64,000 nt of DNA from an uncultured delta proteobacterium (GTDB lineage: Bacteria > Myxococcota > Myxococcia > Myxococcales > Myxococcaceae). Where the stretch lies: positions 224,001 through 288,000 of the forward strand of contig CAVQKE010000003.1 in the NCBI GenBank assembly GCA_963713045.1, read 5' to 3'. Both the position numbers and the translations under genes were made by a program. Below are positions 10,565-21,885 of this stretch, in pieces. The notes under the pieces are model-generated. The model was not told the origin of the DNA. It made no database searches and was given only the letters and a program-made list of their open reading frames with translations. Within the stretch, counting starts at the first letter, position 1. Each line of letters opens with the position of its first letter.

Positions 10565-13500
10565 AGGGGCGCGCTGTAAGGCCGCGACGCTTCCACGCCA
10601 AGTAGAGCGCCGGGTACACGGCCAATTCTAGCAGGGCAGAAGTAATGACACCGCCCACCATTGGGGCGGCGATGCGCTTCATCACGTCCGCCCCGGTACC
10701 CGTCGACCAGAGAATGGGAACTAATCCAGCGAGGATGGTTACGACCGTCATTGCTTTCGGACGGATGCGCTTGACCGCGCCCTGGAACACGGCTTGCCGA
10801 GCCTCCTCCTGCGTTGCGGGCTGGCGCTCCTTCCACGCAATGTCCAGGTAAAGCAGCATCACGATTCCTGTCTCGGCATCCAGGCCCGCGAGTGCGATGA
10901 GCCCCACCCAGACCGCAACCGACAAGTTGTAGCCCAGCAGCCAAAGAAGCCAGAACGCACCGACGAGGCTAAAGGGCACCGCTAGCATGACCAGCAGTGC
11001 CTCGGCTGCGCTGCCTGCGTTCAAGTACAGAAGAAGAAAAATGAGCACGAGCGTGACGGGCACTACGACGGCGAGTCGCTCCTTAGCTCGCTCGAGGTAG
11101 CGGTACTGCCCCACCCATTCCAGACGGTATCCGAGCGGGAGCGACACCTGGGCGGCCACCGCTGCCTGCGCATCTTTGACGTAGTCGGCAATGGGACGGG
11201 CCGTATCCACGAAGACGTACTCGGCGAGGGAGCCTCCTTCGTCGCGAATCATCGACGGCCCCGTCCGCCATCGCAGCTTCCCCAACTCTCCCAAGGCAAC
11301 TTGCGCGCCTCCGGGAGTCGTCACTCGGACCCGTCGCATCGCATTGGGGTCACTCCGGAAGTCACGAGCGTACCGGAGCGTGACCGGGTATCGCTCGCGG
11401 CCCTCGACTGTGGTGGTTACCGTCCGCCCACCAATCGCCATCTCCAGCGAATCCTCTACTTCAAGCACGTTGAGGCCGTAGCGTGCTGCTTGATTACGGT
11501 CGACGTCGAAGTCGAGGAAATACCCGCCGGTGGCCCGCTCGGAGAAAGCGCTTCGCGTTCCTGGAACGCTCTGCATCGCGGCCTCGATGTCCCGTCCAAC
11601 ACGGTCGATGACCTCAAGGTCGGCTCCGAGCACCTGAATTCCCAATGGGCTGCGAATGCCCGTGGCAAGCATCTCAGTGCGCGTCTGGATGGGCATCCAC
11701 CAGACATTGGGCATCCCGGGAAACTGCAGCTTGCTGTCGAGTTCCTTGACGAGGTCATCCCAACTCTTGCCGGACGGCCACTCGTCGGGCGGGCGGAGCG
11801 TGATGACCGTCTCGAACATAGACAGGGGCGCCGGGTCGGTAGCAGTCTCGAAGCGCCCGGCCTTTCCGAAGACATGCTCGACCTCCGGGAAGGACTTGAT
11901 GACGCGGTCCATCCGCTGCAGCACGTCACGCGCCGCAGCGTCGCTCATCCCCGGCACGGAGACGGGCATGTAGAGAAGAGTGCCCTCGTTCAGAGGGGGC
12001 ATGAACTCGCTACCGAGCGAGAGAACGACGGGCACGGTGACCGCGATGAGGAGAGTCGCAACAGCGATGACTGTCTTGGGAAACCGGAGCGCGAAGTGGC
12101 AGACAGGCGCGTATGCCTGCGCGAGCCATCGCGTCAGGGGGTTTTGCGACTCGGCGCGGATTCTCCCTCGGATGAAGGTCGCGGCGATGGCTGGCACGAG
12201 AGTTACCGAGAGCAGTGCGGCAAAGGCCATCGCGAACGTCTTGGTAAACGCCAGCGGTGCGAACAGCCGTCCCTCTGTCCCCTCCAACGTAAACACGGGG
12301 AGAAAGCCGACCGTGATGACCAGGAGTGAGAAGAAAATGGGCCGACCCACTTCTTGCAACGCCCGGGTAACCACGTCGGTCCTACGGCCTGGACGCCCTG
12401 CTAACTCCCAGGCTTCGAGCCGCTTGTGCACGTTCTCCACGACAATGATGGCGGCGTCCACCATCGCTCCGATGGCGATGGCGATGCCTCCTAAGGACAT
12501 GATGTTGGCGGTGAGGCCCATCCAGCGCATCGGGATGAACGACAGCAGGATGGCGGCGGGCAGCAACAGCATCGGTACCAGCGTGCTTCGCGCGTCCAGG
12601 AGGAAGAGGAAGATGACCAGCGCGACTGCAAGCAACTCCTCGATGAGGGTTCGCCTCAGCGTGCCAATGCTGCGACGGATGAGCGGCGAACGGTCGTAGG
12701 TGGTCACGACTTCCACGCCCGGCGGAAGGCTCGCACGAAGGCTTTGAAGCCTGGCCTTGACGCCCTCGATGACTTCCAGCGTGTTGACTCCTGGACGGAC
12801 GATGACCGCGCCTCCCACCGCCTCGCCATCGCCATCGAGGTCAGCAAGGCCTCGGCGCTCTGCGGGCCCCAACCGAACCCGACCGACGTCTGCCACGGTG
12901 ATGGGGGTTCCCTCAAATGCCGCTAGGACGACACCTTCCAGGTCCTCGCGCTTCCTTACGTAGCCGCGGCCGCGAACGTACTGCTCGGTGCCGCCAACTT
13001 CGAGGACGCGACCACCGACGTCGGCATTGGATGCGCGCAAGGCTTCCGCCACCTGTGCGAGCGAAACGCCGAACGCGGCGAGACGGTCGGGGTCCAACGC
13101 CACCTGGTACTCCTTGACGAAGCCGCCGACTGAGGCCACCTCGGCGACCCCAGGAATGCCCTGCAGGGCGTAACGCACGGTCCAGTCCTGAAGCGACTGG
13201 AGCTGGACGAGGTCAGTCTTTCCCGTGCGGTCGACCAAGGCATACTCGAAAACCCACCCGATTCCAGTGGCGTCCGGGCCGAGCGTCGGACTCACCCCAG
13301 CAGGAAGCTGTGACCCAAGTGTGGCCAACTTCTCCAGCACTCGGCTACGCGCCCAATACAGGTCGGTATGGTCTTCAAAGATGACGGTGACGAAGGAAGT
13401 CCCGAACATCGTCTGTCCACGCACCGCCGAAACACGGGGCGCCCCGAGCAACGAACGAATGACGGGGTAGGTAATGTTGTCTTCAACGAGGTCCGGTGAC

Positions 13501-13667
13501 CGGCCAGGCCACTCTGTGTAGACGATGACCTGAACGTCCGAAAGGTCAGGTAGGGCATCCAGTGCAGTGCTGCGCAGCGCCAGCCCTCCTCCGGCTGTCG
13601 CCAGGCCCACCATCACGAGAGTCGCAAGTTGGTTATTGGCGCACCAGGCGATGACCCGGGGAATCAT
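10554..13667 (-). CDS. cusA: CusA/CzcA heavy-metal efflux RND permease
   Basis: [36 protein letters not shown] and [11 protein letters not shown]; 1037 aa. Confidence 0.95.
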   Translation of the reverse strand: MIPRVIAWCANNQLATLVMVGLATAGGGLALRSTALDALPDLSDVQVIVYTEWPGRSPDLVEDNITYPVIRSLLGAPRVSAVRGQTMFGTSFVTVIFEDHTDLYWARSRVLEKLATLGSQLPAGVSPTLGPDATGIGWVFEYALVDRTGKTDLVQLQSLQDWTVRYALQGIPGVAEVASVGGFVKEYQVALDPDRLAAFGVSLAQVAEALRASNADVGGRVLEVGGTEQYVRGRGYVRKREDLEGVVLAAFEGTPITVADVGRVRLGPAERRGLADLDGDGEAVGGAVIVRPGVNTLEVIEGVKARLQSLRASLPPGVEVVTTYDRSPLIRRSIGTLRRTLIEELLAVALVIFLFLLDARSTLVPMLLLPAAILLSFIPMRWMGLTANIMSLGGIAIAIGAMVDAAIIVVENVHKRLEAWELAGRPGRRTDVVTRALQEVGRPIFFSLLVITVGFLPVFTLEGTEGRLFAPLAFTKTFAMAFAALLSVTLVPAIAATFIRGRIRAESQNPLTRWLAQAYAPVCHFALRFPKTVIAVATLLIAVTVPVVLSLGSEFMPPLNEGTLLYMPVSVPGMSDAAARDVLQRMDRVIKSFPEVEHVFGKAGRFETATDPAPLSMFETVITLRPPDEWPSGKSWDDLVKELDSKLQFPGMPNVWWMPIQTRTEMLATGIRSPLGIQVLGADLEVIDRVGRDIEAAMQSVPGTRSAFSERATGGYFLDFDVDRNQAARYGLNVLEVEDSLEMAIGGRTVTTTVEGRERYPVTLRYARDFRSDPNAMRRVRVTTPGGAQVALGELGKLRWRTGPSMIRDEGGSLAEYVFVDTARPIADYVKDAQAAVAAQVSLPLGYRLEWVGQYRYLERAKERLAVVVPVTLVLIFLLLYLNAGSAAEALLVMLAVPFSLVGAFWLLWLLGYNLSVAVWVGLIALAGLDAETGIVMLLYLDIAWKERQPATQEEARQAVFQGAVKRIRPKAMTVVTILAGLVPILWSTGTGADVMKRIAAPMVGGVITSALLELAVYPALYLAWKRRGLTARPFTA

Positions 13668-15130
13668 TGTGCGCTCCAGCGCGGCAGAGCGTTGCGGAGC
13701 TGAGCTTCACTCGAAAGGAGAAAGGTGGCTGCAGTCGCCACTTCATCTCCGGCCGCTACTCCAGAGCGCACTTCGGTTAATTCGCCGTTGCTGACGCCAG
13801 GCTCGACTTCGACAGGTTGGAGGCGCCCCTTGCCGCGCCGTACGAAGACGTACGCATGCTCCCCTGATCGGAGCAGCGCTGAATCGGGCACCGACAGTCG
13901 CTCGCCCAAGGGCACTTGGACGATGACGTCTGTGTACATACCCGGGCGCAACGTAGCCTGCGAGTTCTCGAACTCCAGGCGAAGACGAAGGGACCGTGTC
14001 CGCTCGTCGATCGTGGGATAGATGAAGCTCACGCGACCCGTCCAGGTAGCGCCAGGCAGGCCAGCTACAGTCATCGTGGCCTGGAGTCCAGTGGCGACCA
14101 CAGAGGCATCACTCTGGAAGGCGTCTGCCAGCACCCAAACGCGGCCCAGGTTGCCAATTCGGTACAGCGCCGTGCCGGTCTCAGCGCGGGTCCCCTCAAC
14201 GACGTTCTTGATGAGAACGACGCCATTGACCGGGGAGCGCACCGTGACCCGTGGCTCGGCGACGCCACGGTCGGTGAGGCTCTGGAGCTGCTCCGCGTTG
14301 AGCCCCCAAAGTTTGAGCCGCTCCGCCGCGGCAGCAACCAAGGGGGCATTCCCTGCGTGGCTGGCAACAAGAAAGTCCTGCTCGGCACCGAAGAGGTCAG
14401 GACTGTAGAGCGTTAGTAGAGGTTCGCCTTGGTGGACACGTTGGCCCGTTCGACTTACTTGCAGCTTTTCGACGAAGGCTGCGTAGCGCAGGGTAACGTC
14501 AGCGACTTGCGTCTCGTCCACCTCCACCTTCCCCGGCAGCCGCACATCCAGAGTCATTGCGCGCTGCTCGACACGGCCGAAAGTCACACCGATGAGCTGC
14601 TGGCGTGCTGGAGAGACCTCAATCACCTTGCCAACGCCGCCATCAGACGCTCGCGTCGTCGCGTCGGCTTCAGGGTCAGAGCGCGTCTCGAACCCAAGCC
14701 CTTTCCTCGGTGGGGACACCTTGAGGCGTAGCTCGGCGGCTTGATGTCCCGGCGCCGAGATGTGAAGGGCGATTGTCCAGTCACCTACTACCGGCAACGA
14801 AAAACTGACTTCGTAGACACCACGGCCCCGAGCGTGAACCTGGCCCCCGCTCCGCATCTCGGTCATCGCTCCCATCGCGGGCATCGAGATGACGGAGTCC
14901 ACGGTGGCTCCATCCACGGGCTGGCCCTGAGCATTTTTCAGCTCGACGATGAGCCGGTTGTCGCCCGTCCTGGGAGGGTCTGGAACCAGGCGGGCAGAAA
15001 CGAAAAAGTCACCGACTTGGACCGGCTCAATCGAAGTCTGTTTCTGGCACCCGGCCAGCCAGTAGCCGATGACCAACAGGGCCCCTGCCGCAGCCATCGC
15101 CCTCGACGCTCGTCTCTTAGTTGTGCTCAC
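13664..15130 (-). CDS. cusB: CusB-like periplasmic adaptor with N-terminal YtkA/FixH-like domain
   Basis: SMPAMGAM metal-type motif, LYSPDL and LRPGMY. GTG at 15130 with RBS; coupled to cusA. Confidence 0.85.
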   Translation of the reverse strand: MSTTKRRASRAMAAAGALLVIGYWLAGCQKQTSIEPVQVGDFFVSARLVPDPPRTGDNRLIVELKNAQGQPVDGATVDSVISMPAMGAMTEMRSGGQVHARGRGVYEVSFSLPVVGDWTIALHISAPGHQAAELRLKVSPPRKGLGFETRSDPEADATTRASDGGVGKVIEVSPARQQLIGVTFGRVEQRAMTLDVRLPGKVEVDETQVADVTLRYAAFVEKLQVSRTGQRVHQGEPLLTLYSPDLFGAEQDFLVASHAGNAPLVAAAAERLKLWGLNAEQLQSLTDRGVAEPRVTVRSPVNGVVLIKNVVEGTRAETGTALYRIGNLGRVWVLADAFQSDASVVATGLQATMTVAGLPGATWTGRVSFIYPTIDERTRSLRLRLEFENSQATLRPGMYTDVIVQVPLGERLSVPDSALLRSGEHAYVFVRRGKGRLQPVEVEPGVSNGELTEVRSGVAAGDEVATAATFLLSSEAQLRNALPRWSAQ

Positions 15131-16361
15131 TGTCCACTCCCCCTTCCGCTGCAATGAGAAGGCCCACGTCCTCCCCAACGGCGCGTTGCAGTTCGGCGAG
15201 AGCTTTTGCGTAGGCGGCGAGGTGCATCACCAATTCCACCTCGTGTCGGCGCAACTCACGCAAGGAGTCCAAGACTGAAAGAAAGTCTCCGCGCCCTGAG
15301 GCGTAATCTACCTGACCGCTCTCCAGGGCCGCGCTCATGAGCGGGATGATGCGGTGGTGCAAAGAGACAATGCGCTCCTCGGCTGTCACCTTGGCAAAAG
15401 CCTCGGTGACTTGGGCCGCGACGCGAGCACGAAGAGCCTCTTGCTCCGAAGAGACCGCTTCCCCGACTGCACGTGCGGCCCCGATGCGCCCGTCGTTCTT
15501 GCTTCCCCAAACAGGGAGGGTGAACTCAAGGCCCGCAAAAATGAAATTGCTCGGACTGACGCCGCCGAACGTGTGCATGTACGCACCCAGGACGTTGAGG
15601 TCCGGAACGCGCTCTGCCTCCGCCATGCGAATTTCGGCGCCCGCCACTTGCGACTTTGCGGACAGCTCCCTCAACTCGGGCCGCGCATCCAAGGCGCGAC
15701 TCCGCAGTGCTGTCTCGGACGGCAATTCCGCTAGAACATGCGGAGTGGTGGTCGTACCTGAAACCTGCTCCGGGAGCTGGAGCAGTGCCTGCAACCTGGC
15801 CCGGGCCGACTTGGCGTCCTGGGAGGCTGTGACGACGTTTTCCTCAAATTCGAGAACGGCGGCTTGCGCCTTCAGCACGTCGGCCTGCCGCCCCGCACCT
15901 GTGCGCACCCGCGCCGCACTCGCTTGCGAGAGCAGCTCCAGCGTCTTCTCAAGCCGCGCGTTCACACTTTCTGTGCGCTCGGCCTGGTAGAGGTCGAAGT
16001 AAGCAACTGCGAGCTGTAGTTCCACGTCTTGGATGCGCACCGTCGCCTCGGCACTGGCCGCCCGGGCGTCCGCTTCGGCCGCGCTGTGCTTGAAATCGAG
16101 TCGGCCGCCCAGAGGAAACGACTGCGAAACTTGGAACATCACAGGCGCGTTAGAGAAGTCGACCGGCGCGTTCCACAACTGCACCATGAAGCGCGGGTCG
16201 TCGAGCGCCCCGGCTGCGCGTGCCGACTCGCCAGCGGCGGTCGCGCGAGCCGTAGCGGCACGCAACTCAGCGCTCTTGGAACGCGCCTCTGCGAGCAGGT
16301 CGCCAAGACGCAGAGGAGGTGGAGTGACGGTGAAGACGGCAATGGTGAGAAGCGACAGCAT
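15117..16361 (-). CDS. TolC/CusC-family outer membrane efflux protein
   Basis: OEP-like helical repeats (GALDDP, YASGRGDFLSVLD); operonic with cusB; RBS AGGAG. Confidence 0.85.
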   Translation of the reverse strand: MLSLLTIAVFTVTPPPLRLGDLLAEARSKSAELRAATARATAAGESARAAGALDDPRFMVQLWNAPVDFSNAPVMFQVSQSFPLGGRLDFKHSAAEADARAASAEATVRIQDVELQLAVAYFDLYQAERTESVNARLEKTLELLSQASAARVRTGAGRQADVLKAQAAVLEFEENVVTASQDAKSARARLQALLQLPEQVSGTTTTPHVLAELPSETALRSRALDARPELRELSAKSQVAGAEIRMAEAERVPDLNVLGAYMHTFGGVSPSNFIFAGLEFTLPVWGSKNDGRIGAARAVGEAVSSEQEALRARVAAQVTEAFAKVTAEERIVSLHHRIIPLMSAALESGQVDYASGRGDFLSVLDSLRELRRHEVELVMHLAAYAKALAELQRAVGEDVGLLIAAEGGVDSEHN

Positions 16362-16542
16362 CGAGGAACTCCTGCCCGTCAAGCGTTACTCGGCGGGCTA
16401 CGAGACGTGGATAGAGGCAGCCAAGGAGTTCGACGCGGAGAGACAGCGCTCCTGGCGAACTGCCCGGACGCCATGACGTCACTCGCGACGAATTAGGCCA
16501 GCATCGGGCGCCCGCGCCGAAGGCGGGCTCCCGAACCCAGGC

Positions 16543-16929
16543 TCAGATGAGTAGCTGTCGCAAGGAAAGAAAGACTGGGATTCGCCTTGGTGGTCCCGAA
16601 GCGCTCCCCAAATCCGTCGTGGGCTCCGCTAGCACCTGGTCAAAAGGCGGCGCAGGCAGCTCGACATCCATCGCGGGGGCGTTGCGCTCGGGGCCATCGG
16701 CAACTAAGCGGCTGGGAAGGCGGTCGGAACTCGCTGGAACCGCACCTTCGACCACGTCACAGCAGCCTGTCGCGTTGAGCAGAGGACCAGCCGGGTGCTC
16801 GTCAGAGTCAGGGCAGCAGCAAACCGTTAGTCGCTGGCCAAGCATCCGACAGAAGAAGACACCTCCGCTCGCACCTGCCGCCTCGAGCGTCAGGGTTATC
16901 ACCAGGAGCGTAGGGAGCAGCCTCTTCAT
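16543..16929 (-). CDS. Small Cys-rich exported protein leading the cus operon
   Basis: Signal peptide MKRLLPTLLV, CRM/CCC/CCD motifs and C-terminal SGPP...LRQLLI, typical of ORFs upstream of metal efflux operons. Confidence 0.6.
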   Translation of the reverse strand: MKRLLPTLLVITLTLEAAGASGGVFFCRMLGQRLTVCCCPDSDEHPAGPLLNATGCCDVVEGAVPASSDRLPSRLVADGPERNAPAMDVELPAPPFDQVLAEPTTDLGSASGPPRRIPVFLSLRQLLI

Positions 16930-17613
16930 GAGCAAGAGACTATACAACGCTTGTGCCAATCCGTCTGGTGTCGGCAACCTTGTGACCGCGAAAGGGCTGC
17001 GCGCGCGGTCGAACATCGACGCCGAGAATGCGCACCAAAGTCATGGGGTGGCTGTGGTCGCATTAAGGGGCTGCAAGACGCCTGCCCAGCGACCGCGCTG
17101 ACCCGTGCGGGCAAACCTTCACCTTGTGCGCCACCCTGCTGCTCCGAGTGGGCTAAGCCTAGTTTTCTGCCACAGGGTTTTGCGCCAGGCGGCGGCAATC
17201 AGGGCGGCGTGAAATCCAGCCACGGAGTGTGCTGCTGTCGGCCGACCTATATCTATCCAGGCGGAGCCTTCTGCTGCGTCCCGTGCCCTAGCGGTCAGAC
17301 TCCAAGCGACGGTGGTCCGCTTGCGTCGGGCTGCAAGTGACAGATGCCGCGAAGTGAGAGGCGAGCCAAAGTGGACGCCGAGGCCGACAAGGTGGTCGGG
17401 CTGATGAACGACTAAGGAGGCTGTGGCACAGTACCGTTACCCTGAACTTCCTTGCTGCGCGGTCCGCTCTTGTTCCAGCCAGCGAGAGCGTTCTCCAATG
17501 GGTACGGATGTCCGAGAGGTTGCGCACCAAGACGGCAACGCTGTTCTCGGCGTCAATCAACAGCTCCGGCGAACGCTGAAGCGCTGCCCGCGCGCTTGCA
17601 GTAGCTTCGGCTC

Positions 17614-18087
17614 ATGATGGCAGACCGCTCGATGAGCGCTTCGGCCGACATCGTCCTGCTCGCGCTGCAAGCGTCCCAGGTCGCCTTCCTCTGGACCCAC
17701 GACTGGGTCCCGCTTGGCCGATTAAACGACGTCGCGGCGGTGCGCAGCCAGGACACGACCTGGCGCCTGGTCGTCGTGACGCTGATTCAGAGCGTGCCGT
17801 TCACCATCGGCCTCGTGGCTAGCGGGCTATTCCTTGGCTATCGGCAACCGTCCTGGCTCAAGATCTGGCTGTGGGTGAGCTATGGCGCACTGCTCTGTGG
17901 GCAGCTGCGCGCTTGGTGGGTGCCGTACCTGTTCTGGCCGGAACCTCAGCGGGCCGCGCGGTACCGCGCGATGTTCGGGAGGACTTACTCCTTCCTTCCC
18001 GAGCGTAACGGGCTTGTCCCCAATACGGCGCACGTCCTCCTGCATATCGCGACCGCAGCGACACTGCTGGTGCTGTGGTTTCGGTGA
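17614..18087 (+). CDS. Hypothetical membrane protein
   Basis: Four hydrophobic segments; HDWVPLGRLND and AWWVPY blocks look conserved. Confidence 0.65.
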   Translation: MMADRSMSASADIVLLALQASQVAFLWTHDWVPLGRLNDVAAVRSQDTTWRLVVVTLIQSVPFTIGLVASGLFLGYRQPSWLKIWLWVSYGALLCGQLRAWWVPYLFWPEPQRAARYRAMFGRTYSFLPERNGLVPNTAHVLLHIATAATLLVLWFR

Positions 18088-18984
18088 CGTTGCCTCTCTT
18101 GTGCGGGGCGACACATGGCCGACAGCGCACTACTATGACGATTTGGGCGTTAAACGAGCGAAGGGCGGCATATTGTTTGGCCCTATCCTCGAACCGAACG
18201 CAGATTTAGATCTGGTAAGAGCAGCAGCGCGCTCAACGGGTGTTGCTTTTGGCCGCCGCATTTATCCGGGAAAAGGCGTTGCCCGATAATTGGCTCCCCG
18301 CAGTTCCCTTTCTAGAAGAGCGAGCGAAGGGCCACGAGGCGTTTCCAGAGCAAACTATTTCATTGACCAATGATCTTAAATGGTTTCCGTATACAACTGA
18401 AGAACTCTATGGTGTGTCCGCGCCCGAGCTAATGAGGGTGGCAAGTTATCGGGGGGTAATTGACGCAATAGCTTCGAAAAGTAACCACACGCCGATGCCA
18501 AACTGGACCGGTAAGAAGCCGCGAGACTACATAGGCGAGGAGCGAGTGAGTAGTCGAAATTGCAAATGAAGACCTGTACAGTAGCACTAAGTTTTATGTG
18601 ACCGGTTGAGCCGCCTTGGACTAGGAATGACCGCCGGTTGCTCCCGCCAATCCTTACTCTCGTCCGTCCCGCCATTTCATGTTATGGGGTCGAGTCGGGC
18701 TGGGGACGGGAGGGAGTCGGTTTTTGAGAGACATGTCAAGAACTGCGAGCCATTTGGACAGCACTGAAGCGTCCATATGCTAAGAAGTGGGAACTACTTT
18801 TACAGACGACTACCTTGGATCCTTGTGATGGTAGTTTAATTATTTGCTACGGTTGGTCCGTGGATATTTGCAAAAACAGTGCGAGGCCCAGATGGGCTTC
18901 AATACTTGCCTGGGGTTTTCACAGAAGTTAAGGCTGTCCGGGTTTAGCAAGCTATGGCGACCCCTGCTGGGGTCCCCAGCCGCT

Positions 18985-19030
18985 CTGCGGAGCCGAAGGC
19001 CGCTGGTTCGAGTCCAGGCTCGCGCGCTCC
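18985..19030 (+). repeat. 3' half remnant of a tRNA-Arg-like gene (att-like)
   Basis: CTGCGGA-GCCGA-AGGCC-GCTGG-TTCGAGT-CCAGG-CTCGCGCGC: anticodon loop to acceptor end, with no 5' half. Confidence 0.6.
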
Positions 19031-19066
19031 GGAATATCGAATCGTTTGAGCTCGACTGCGTCGCGC

Positions 19067-19551
19067 TCATTCCGCTCGGCACTTCTGGTCGTTGAAGTCG
19101 GCTCGGTCTTTCGCCGCGGCTTCGGCGTAGTCCTTTCCCCAATTGCGGAGTGCCAGCCTCACGCGCGCACTGAACTCCGCGGCGTCGGCGTCCATAGACC
19201 CGCCGAGCGCGGCGTCCCTCTCGGCGTCGACTCTCTCACGAATCTCTTGGGCCGCTCGGCTGGCGGATGCGCTCGACACCCACAAGATTTCGCATTTCGT
19301 GAGCGGCGCCTGCTGGCAGATCGCGGCGTTGTCCTTGTCCTTGGCCTCGTCCACCTGCTTCGAGACGGCTTGCACCACGTCGCCGAGCCTCCCATGACGC
19401 AAGCGAGCTCCTCCCAGACTCCGAGGATCAACACCCGCGCGTGAAGTTCGACCCGAGACCCAAGGCTCTCTGCCGAGCTGCGGTGACGATCTCTGGACTC
19501 GGGCTTGCCTCCTGCGGCTAGGACCAGGCCGACCAGGAACGCCTTGCGCAT
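19067..19551 (-). pseudogene. Probable exported protein, frameshifted
   Basis: Signal-like start MRKAFLVGLVLA at 19551; helical Cys-containing C-terminal part in another frame ending at 19067. Confidence 0.4.
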
Positions 19552-19652
19552 GTCTCACCCCGCCGGGAAACTTAGCGCGCCGCCCGTCCCTGAGACACTG
19601 GACTTCCTCGCCGACCGTGCCTAGCCTCGTGGCCGCACGCGGCGCGTCCCCA

Positions 19653-19696
19653 CTCCAGAGCGGACGGCCGAGGTTCGAGTCTCCGAAGCCCCACCA
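19653..19696 (+). repeat. Degenerate tRNA 3'-end-like sequence
   Basis: GGTTCGAGTCTCCGAAGCCCCACCA has a T-loop and ends in CCA, but the stems are imperfect. Confidence 0.4.
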
Positions 19697-19790
19697 ACCT
19701 CCACAACCAGCCTGCGGAGGCAATCGCGCCACACTGAAGCTAGGGTTTTGATTTGAAAGGCTAGCGCCGGTCATTTGGTCCCCGAACGTT

Positions 19791-20669
19791 CTAACGCGGC
19801 GCGCCATCTGGCTGATCGAGAAACTCGCGTATCGCAAGGTTTACCAGAGCAGGCCGACTGTTGAACGTTCCATGGTTGCTCGCCGGAACAATGAAGAGTT
19901 GTCCACGAGCAAGGGCCCTGAATATTTCGGCGTTTTCTTCGATGGACGTAAAGTCGTGGTCGCCAGCCATGACGAGTACGGGTATCGTTATCTTCTTAAG
20001 ATCCGTGGGTTCGATGACGATCGGCTGCAGCCACATTTCGTAACACTTTGCTAACAGTTTCATCCAATGCTCTGGACCATCTGGACTGACCTTGGCGTAG
20101 TCAGCCAGGAACCACGGTGGAAGGCTTGCAGCTGTCTCCCGGAGATGCTTGTCGAGTTCCTGTGGTGACCACTGAGCGTGTTGCCGTTCCTCTGGAGATA
20201 GATCCACCCGGATATTCGCGCCAGAGATAACCAACCGACGAACCAGATTTGGATGATCTCTGGCAAGGATAAGGGCGACATCGGCACCATCGCTGTGCCC
20301 GACGACGTCCATCGGGCCGATGCCGAGTTGTGTGATGATTTCAGCCGTATCATCGGCCATCAATTTGTAGGACAGGGTCCATGCGCCGTCAGGGCTATGA
20401 CCGTGACCGCGCTGATCGATGCCGATCACCGTCCGGAACGATGAGAAATAATCGCGCTGCTTGGCGAAACTATTATCAAAATAAGCCATTCCACCATGCA
20501 GAAACAAAATTGGCGATCCACGGCCATAGATTTGCGTGTAGAGCTTGGCGCCGCGTACCTCATAGTATCGCTGCGTGCCGACGGGGCTATCCACGGTGGC
20601 TGCTGAAGGTGTCGTGCCGATCACCGCAGTGAGAATCGCACCAGTGAAACGATTCATGATGTTTGGCAT
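19791..20669 (-). CDS. Alpha/beta hydrolase
   Basis: FLHGG, DQRGHGHS, nucleophile GHSDG, GDHD acid and NHG His; lower GC than its flanks. Confidence 0.88.
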   Translation of the reverse strand: MPNIMNRFTGAILTAVIGTTPSAATVDSPVGTQRYYEVRGAKLYTQIYGRGSPILFLHGGMAYFDNSFAKQRDYFSSFRTVIGIDQRGHGHSPDGAWTLSYKLMADDTAEIITQLGIGPMDVVGHSDGADVALILARDHPNLVRRLVISGANIRVDLSPEERQHAQWSPQELDKHLRETAASLPPWFLADYAKVSPDGPEHWMKLLAKCYEMWLQPIVIEPTDLKKITIPVLVMAGDHDFTSIEENAEIFRALARGQLFIVPASNHGTFNSRPALVNLAIREFLDQPDGAPR

Positions 20670-20881
20670 GAGGCTCTCGTAGGGTTCAAGAGTTCACCAA
20701 GGGGTGCCCGCGACGCTGTCCGTGGCGCCCACTCCCGTGACGAAACGGAGAAGGTCAGCCTGGCACGGGCCAAGGCGGTGAAGAAGTGGAAAGGGCGCAC
20801 TCTGCGGACGGGGGGCATAGCCGCACTAGCCCTGCTCAAATCGGACGCACCGTGAGGACGCGCTGGGAGCGTGCGGCGCTG

Positions 20882-21320
20882 GCGGTTTGAGAAGACGTGA
20901 AAGTTGCCCTCGAACTCTACGGCGAAGATGTCTCTGTTCAATTCGGCGTCGTCGGCCCAGCTCTCCAATTCGATGTAGCCCCGGAGCGACTCTGGGACTT
21001 GCTGAAGAAGGCCCGTGTCCTCGAGGTACTGCGCGGCCCAGTCTTCCAGAGACTCGTACGCGCCCTGGTACGACTCGGTGAAGCCCGCCACGAACTCAAG
21101 GACCCGCTCCGCGTCCGTCGGGAGGCCGATGTGCTCAAGGTGGGCAGTAACCACTCTGCCATGCTCGAGGATGACGGCGCCGATGGCGCAGACGAGCTCG
21201 AGGTCCGCGGACTCGGACGGCAGGTACTGAAGCCCTCGAAGTCGTGGATGGCGTACTCCTCCGCGCGCCTCCGGGGCGATGTCCCTCGCCGCGCCGGGCT
21301 TGCGCCCTCTCTGGCGCGCG
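20882..21320 (-). pseudogene. ardA: ArdA antirestriction protein, middle and C-terminal remnant
   Basis: EEYAIHDFEGF (shifted frame), then YQGAYESLEDWAAQYLEDTGLLQQVPESLRGYIELESWADD...HVF. Confidence 0.75.
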
Positions 21321-21353
21321 CGTGACGGATACCGCTCTTTCAGAGCAGCACCA

Positions 21354-21555
21354 TGAGCGGCGGCGTCGAAGTCCAAGCAGCGCCACAAAGAGGGTTCCCC
21401 GCATCTACGTGGCCTCGCTTTCGGAGCTGCAATGCCGGCCGGCTTCACGGTGTCTGCTCCTGGAAGCAGCGGACATTCGACAGGTGCGCGCCAGAGAGGG
21501 TGCAGCCGGCAACGTCGAAGGACATCGCCCCGGGGCGACGCGTGGAGTACCCACG
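21354..21555 (+). pseudogene. ardA: ArdA N-terminal remnant on the opposite strand
   Basis: PRIYVASLS..(C)NAGRLHGV matches the ArdA N-terminal motif RIYVAxLxxYNxGxLHGxW. Confidence 0.65.
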
Positions 21556-21565
21556 CTCGCAAAGG

Positions 21566-21635
21566 TGCCGCGCGTTCAAGCGAAAGCCGCGTGCCAGCGC
21601 AGTTCAGCTGGCACGCCGGGTTTCGCAGCGCGGCA
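21566..21635. repeat. Palindromic REP-like element, copy 1
   Basis: GCGAAAGCCGCGTGCCAGC-loop-GCTGGCACGCCGGGTTTCGC; inverted copy at 56743-56803. Confidence 0.75.
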
Positions 21636-21885
21636 ACAGAAGCCTTCAACAAGCCGGCAGCTTCTTTTCAGTGGGGGCCGCTTCAGACCTCGCGGCAACC
21701 AGCTGGGCAACCAAAGCGCACGCGTCGGGCCCAGATGCACCGTACCGGGATTCAGTCAGGAGGACGGTAAGCCGACTCGGGTCGATAGGTGGGCCACTCG
21801 ACGTACCGTGCGCCCCATGCCCATCACCCAGTCGAACGCAATCGAGGTGGCGAAAAGCATCGGCGTCCTTGACGGTCTCCTCAAG

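Noticed and set aside
21566..21635. Integron attC site
   Set aside because: No clear RYYYAAC/GTTRRRY boxes, no intI, and only two copies in opposite orientation.
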